A stretch of DNA of 64,000 bases, from NCBI GenBank assembly GCA_946546925.1, contig CAMNOS010000001.1, positions 12,727-76,726 on the forward strand. The letters run 5' to 3'. Below, in pieces: positions 60,185-64,000 of this stretch; the first letter of the stretch is position 1, and each line of letters opens with the position of its first letter. The notes under the pieces were generated by a model that was not told where the DNA came from, searched no databases, and saw only the letters and a program-made list of their open reading frames with translations. The stretch comes from an uncultured Butyrivibrio sp. (lineage in GTDB: Bacteria; Bacillota; Clostridia; Lachnospirales; Lachnospiraceae). The position numbers and the translations under genes are program-made.

Positions 60185-62688
60185 CTACATCTTTGTGACC
60201 GGACCGAAATCCAGACTTCTGAACCTGGACATGAAGTCGTTGAGCTCTATCTCGGTCTCACCCTTATTTACGTCTGACTTGTCCTGAACGGCTTCTATTT
60301 TGCCGTTCTTTTCTACGTAATTGATCCCGTAGCCATTCCAGGGGTTGCGGACCCTCACATAGTAGATGGTCTTTTCACCCTGCATTTCCGTGGTGGTTCC
60401 GGTGACAATATAGGCATGCCTGCTGGCTATTCCATCAAATACAGGTTCTCCCGCATCTCCCTTTTCAGCCTCTCCCACCTTTTCAAACTGATAGGTTCCT
60501 GCCGTCACCACCATCCTCTCTCCTGTGGCCTTCTTGATCCTGGCAAATACGCTCTTGGCAAGGGGGCTGTATTGTCCCGAAAAGCGATCATAATTATAGA
60601 TGGTATTCTCATTGTGATGATCCGAGGCATATGAAAAGATCTCCGCTGCCCTGTTTATTATCTGCTGAAAAAGCTCCTCTCCCGTGCATCCATTTTTCTT
60701 AAGAAGGTTTGATAAATCATCCTTCAGATTGTTGTCAGTGTACCAGCTTCTGAATTTTTTATTAAGCTGCTTGATGGCAGGAGACTTTACATCGAGGCTT
60801 TTAAGCTCATTTAAGGCATTTTGGGTCTCTTCGCCCAGCTGCTTCCTTGTCATCATATTGGTGTAGATGATGCCTTTTTGCTTTGTCTTTGGGTCCTCTT
60901 TTATAACGGTATTTGCCGGTTGTCTCTCCTTTAAAAAGCACGAGATAAAGCCAAGAGAAAGCTTCTCCACAAGGACCTTATCATCATCGTGATTATCTTT
61001 GCCGCTCTCTGACCACTCATTTTTGTGATTCTCCATGTAGCCTGTAAGCATATTGTCCATAAAGTGATTCAGCTGATTGATCTCCCTTGCCGATGAAGTT
61101 ATAAGGTAGGATCCCTTGTCAGCATTTCCCGTTATGGCAGAATATATCACACCGGCATATCCGGCACTCAACATTGACAGATCCATGGGGCCTTTATTTA
61201 TTTTATCAAGCTCTTTCTGATATATCTTTTTGAGATTCGGGCTCTCATTTATCACTTTTTCCATCTCATCGTTGATCCTGGACTCAAAAGCCGAGCGATA
61301 TTCGAATTCCCTGGCATCCTCATTCTCCTTGCCGTCCTTTATGCCGTTTGCCTTTTTTATACGGCTCCACTCCCTGCTGGCTACAGAACGAAAAGTATTG
61401 GAATAGGTTACGTTGGACAGTCCACCGAGCTTTTTATGGAGATTACTGATGATATCATATTTTTCTCGGTTTCACGCCTGTGTGCGCAGTACGCAAGCTC
61501 CATAACGTTGGTCCAGACCGCGCCTCTGGCACCGTTTTTGGTGATCATCACCTTGGGAACCTTGTAATAGCGTGGGACCTTGTCTATTTTCCCGTCATCA
61601 TCCGCAGAAAACTTATATAAACGCACCGTAACCGTTCCCTCCCCGTTGTCCTTCATGCTGTTTTTGATGATCTGAGGCTCCGTGGAAGCTATCGCTCCAA
61701 TGGCAGTCACAAGATAGCAGTCGCCCATTATGCCTTGAATGCAGTCATCCACTGAAGGCTCATGGGCAAAGAGAGGGACCTCCTTTGCAGCCTGTGTCTC
61801 AAGCTTTTGGGGCTTTGTTTTGGGATTCTTTGAGGTGGGGTCCTTGACCTTAATATCAGTTCCGATTTCGGTTATCTGCACATTCTCCGGTATGCTTAAA
61901 TTTCCGCCCGTAATGTCACCTATGAGCTTCTCATACCCGTCCAGTATCATGTGAACCGACGCATCGTCTCCTGCCTTATTCCTGAGCGCATCCATTTTCT
62001 TTTTCATATTGATGCACAGGTCTATCTCCCGGTCCCGTTCACCGTAGTCCTCGTTGAGTTCTCTCTTGCTCCCCTCCCTGATGCGCTCCACCGCCATAAA
62101 GGGGTCAAATGTGGCGTATTCCTCACAGGCGTTCAGAAACTCCTTGAAGGCCTGTGCTTCATCTTCTTCACCCTCCGCAAAAAGCTTTCCTCTGTCGGAG
62201 CTGACATTCTGCCTGATATAAGTTTTTAAAGGGCGGCGCCTCTTCTGGGAAAAGGAGTCATCAACAAGTGTATGATCCACCCTGTTGACAATGTTCTTGT
62301 TCATATAATATTCAACCTTTTCCTGTGCCCTTTTTTTGCGCACCTCCAGCATATGAAGCTCACGATCATATTGCCTGTTTACAATACCGATAAGCCTCTG
62401 CCTTCTCTCTCCCGGCTTTTCCTTTCTGGTGCCCAGGGGCTTTTTTACCCACGCCACAGGTATCTCCTGACCAAATCTGTCAGTAAGAGTGTCATCTTCA
62501 GCACGCTTAAGGTCCTCTGTTCTCCTTTGCTCAATGCTTGCCCTGTCATTATCATAGGACAGATTGAGCTTATCAAGCTCTTTTCTGGCGTTTTCCAGAT
62601 TTCTCTGACGTTCAAGCTCATAATCATTCTTGTTTTTTTCGATATTAACGGGATTAAATTTTTTCTCTTCTTCAAAAAATTCAGGCAT
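60185..62688 (-). pseudogene. Calpain-like (C2) cysteine peptidase, split by a 1-nt frameshift
   Basis: Cys motif QGIMGDCYL in ORF 61408-62688; His/Asn motifs HAYIVTG and RVRNPW in ORF 60185-61264. The downstream frame is open back to 61471, so the two frames overlap. Confidence 0.8.
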
Positions 62689-62701
62689 GATCCGCTCCCT
62701 A

Positions 62702-63640
62702 TCAGCTGTTTACAATTGAGAAGCTCCCCAGTGGAAGCATAAAACGTTCAACACTCTTTAAGTTCTCCGTGATGCGGGGGTTTACTTTTATAAAATGTCC
62801 CATGATCTTCCTTGAGGCGTCAGTCACAGCCGCAATGACAAGCTTCTGATCCTTGGTCATGACCTTTAGCAGATTGAACAGGCAGGCGTAGAGCATGGAA
62901 GCCGCAATGGCATCCGCCTCTCCCACCAGGGACAGAAAGCTGATTTCCAGGTCCTCTTCCTTTGCCGAGATGCAGATGACACATGCAGCTCTGCCATCCT
63001 TTTTGAATGCCGCATAGGACAGATTCTTTATGGTTTTGCCAAAGCTCTTTTCCGAGGAAGATATGAATCCCTTTGCTGGACCTTTCTTTACCTTTTCAAG
63101 CTCGATCCCAGAGAGCTCCTTATGGCTCTTTATCCTGCCGCTTTTAATATCCCTTGAAACGGCAGCGGCTATCCTCTTCTCGTCCTTTTCAAGGATCACC
63201 TTCAGATCCTTCCTGTCTACGGTATAGACCTCATACCTCTCATCCTGGGGCATAAAGCCGTTTGCGATCAGGATGTTTCCCAAGTGCCGCTGATCGGGGA
63301 AGATAATGCCGGCCTCTATCAGGGGACATCTGAATTTGAGAGCGAGCTCGCCAAGGCGCTGTATCAAAAGTTCCTCATATCCCCTTCCTTCATCTGCGAC
63401 AAAGATCCGGTAAAGCTCAAAGACCTCATATACCTCGTCGAAAATGTACAGTGCCGCGCCCCGCGGCTCATCCTCCTCAAGCCCCACTGCGCTGACATAT
63501 CTGTCAAAGATAAGGAGCCTATCCCTGTAGGGAATAAGCCCTGCATAGGAGTTTATATTCAGTTTATCTATGTTCACTACCTTCATGATCTGTTTCACTG
63601 TATATTTATACGAACAGAATGCTCTGATTGTCAGTTCCAT
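62702..63640 (-). CDS. Hypothetical protein with a probable degenerate GNAT-like fold
   Basis: ELYRIFVA..GRG...LI, ...ANGF; 13 bp upstream of the calpain-like gene. Confidence 0.6.
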   Translation of the reverse strand: MELTIRAFCSYKYTVKQIMKVVNIDKLNINSYAGLIPYRDRLLIFDRYVSAVGLEEDEPRGAALYIFDEVYEVFELYRIFVADEGRGYEELLIQRLGELALKFRCPLIEAGIIFPDQRHLGNILIANGFMPQDERYEVYTVDRKDLKVILEKDEKRIAAAVSRDIKSGRIKSHKELSGIELEKVKKGPAKGFISSSEKSFGKTIKNLSYAAFKKDGRAACVICISAKEEDLEISFLSLVGEADAIAASMLYACLFNLLKVMTKDQKLVIAAVTDASRKIMGHFIKVNPRITENLKSVERFMLPLGSFSIVNS

Positions 63641-63655
63641 ACTTATATTTTAGTA

Positions 63656-63701
63656 TAAAAAGCGCCGGAGGTCATATTATAAAGGCTTCCGGCGCTTTTT
63701 A
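63656..63701. terminator. Bidirectional intrinsic terminator
   Basis: TAAAAAGCGCCGGA...TCCGGCGCTTTTTA. Confidence 0.8.
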
Positions 63702-63705
63702 TAAG

Positions 63706-63999
63706 TCAGGCTATCATTGCCGGCAGATTCTGCACAACAAATTCCTGACCGGTCTTATCATATTCAATTCTGTAATATGTATTTCCACTCATACTTGTCT
63801 GCAATGAATGTGTTATCCCGACAGCCTGTGCCTTTTCCGTAGCGAGTGTTACCTTCTTACCCAGTTTCAGATCTTCCGTTTCTATCAAGTATCCATTCTT
63901 TTTCAGCCAATCTGTTACTGTTCTGTATGAAAGTTTCTTGTATACCTTTTCATCAATTCTGGCATTTAATTGTTCCATTAACCTTGTAATTGTTTTATC
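63706..63999 (-). CDS. Hypothetical protein, C-terminal part (runs off the right edge)
   Basis: Frame is open to the window end; WLKKNGYL...GI...Y..GQEFV pattern. Confidence 0.65.
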   Translation of the reverse strand, partial: DKTITRLMEQLNARIDEKVYKKLSYRTVTDWLKKNGYLIETEDLKLGKKVTLATEKAQAVGITHSLQTSMSGNTYYRIEYDKTGQEFVVQNLPAMIA

Positions 64000-64000
64000 C

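Noticed and set aside
61408-61474. Programmed -1 ribosomal frameshift in the calpain-like gene
   Set aside because: No X-XXY-YYZ heptamer in frame and only A5 runs; mutation or sequencing error is simpler.

Overview
Mostly core chromosome of a Firmicute. The gene order and proteins suggest Lachnospiraceae, possibly Butyrivibrio-like; this is inference. Left to right: a D-Ala-D-Ala dipeptidase (partial) and DUF819 gene; a Cys/Met module (metY plus an amino-acid ABC transporter, divergent from an Rrf2 regulator); a LexA-box-controlled three-gene cassette (Y-family polymerase, small accessory protein, HAD hydrolase); and a membrane PP2C phosphatase divergent from an unannotated 50-aa double-glycine-leader peptide. 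Next come comEA-RR-HK-GerMN-comEC, the arg genes (argC-GNAT-argJ-argB-argD and argG), a housekeeping block (ispF-cysS-mrnC-rlmB-sigH, rpmE-DUF1385-prmC-prfA), azlCD, alaX, carD, an EAL protein, two carbohydrate-active enzymes and trkHA. tRNA-Met(CAT) is followed by a ~9.3-kb island bounded by ~60-bp direct repeats of the tRNA 3' end plus terminator. The island has no integrase and carries a 2338-aa LRR/Ig/FN3 surface protein and a decayed Phd/RelE toxin-antitoxin pair. The window ends with an HD-GYP-like protein and a frameshift-split calpain-like protease paired with a GNAT-like gene. All calls come from motif recognition by eye; no searches were run.
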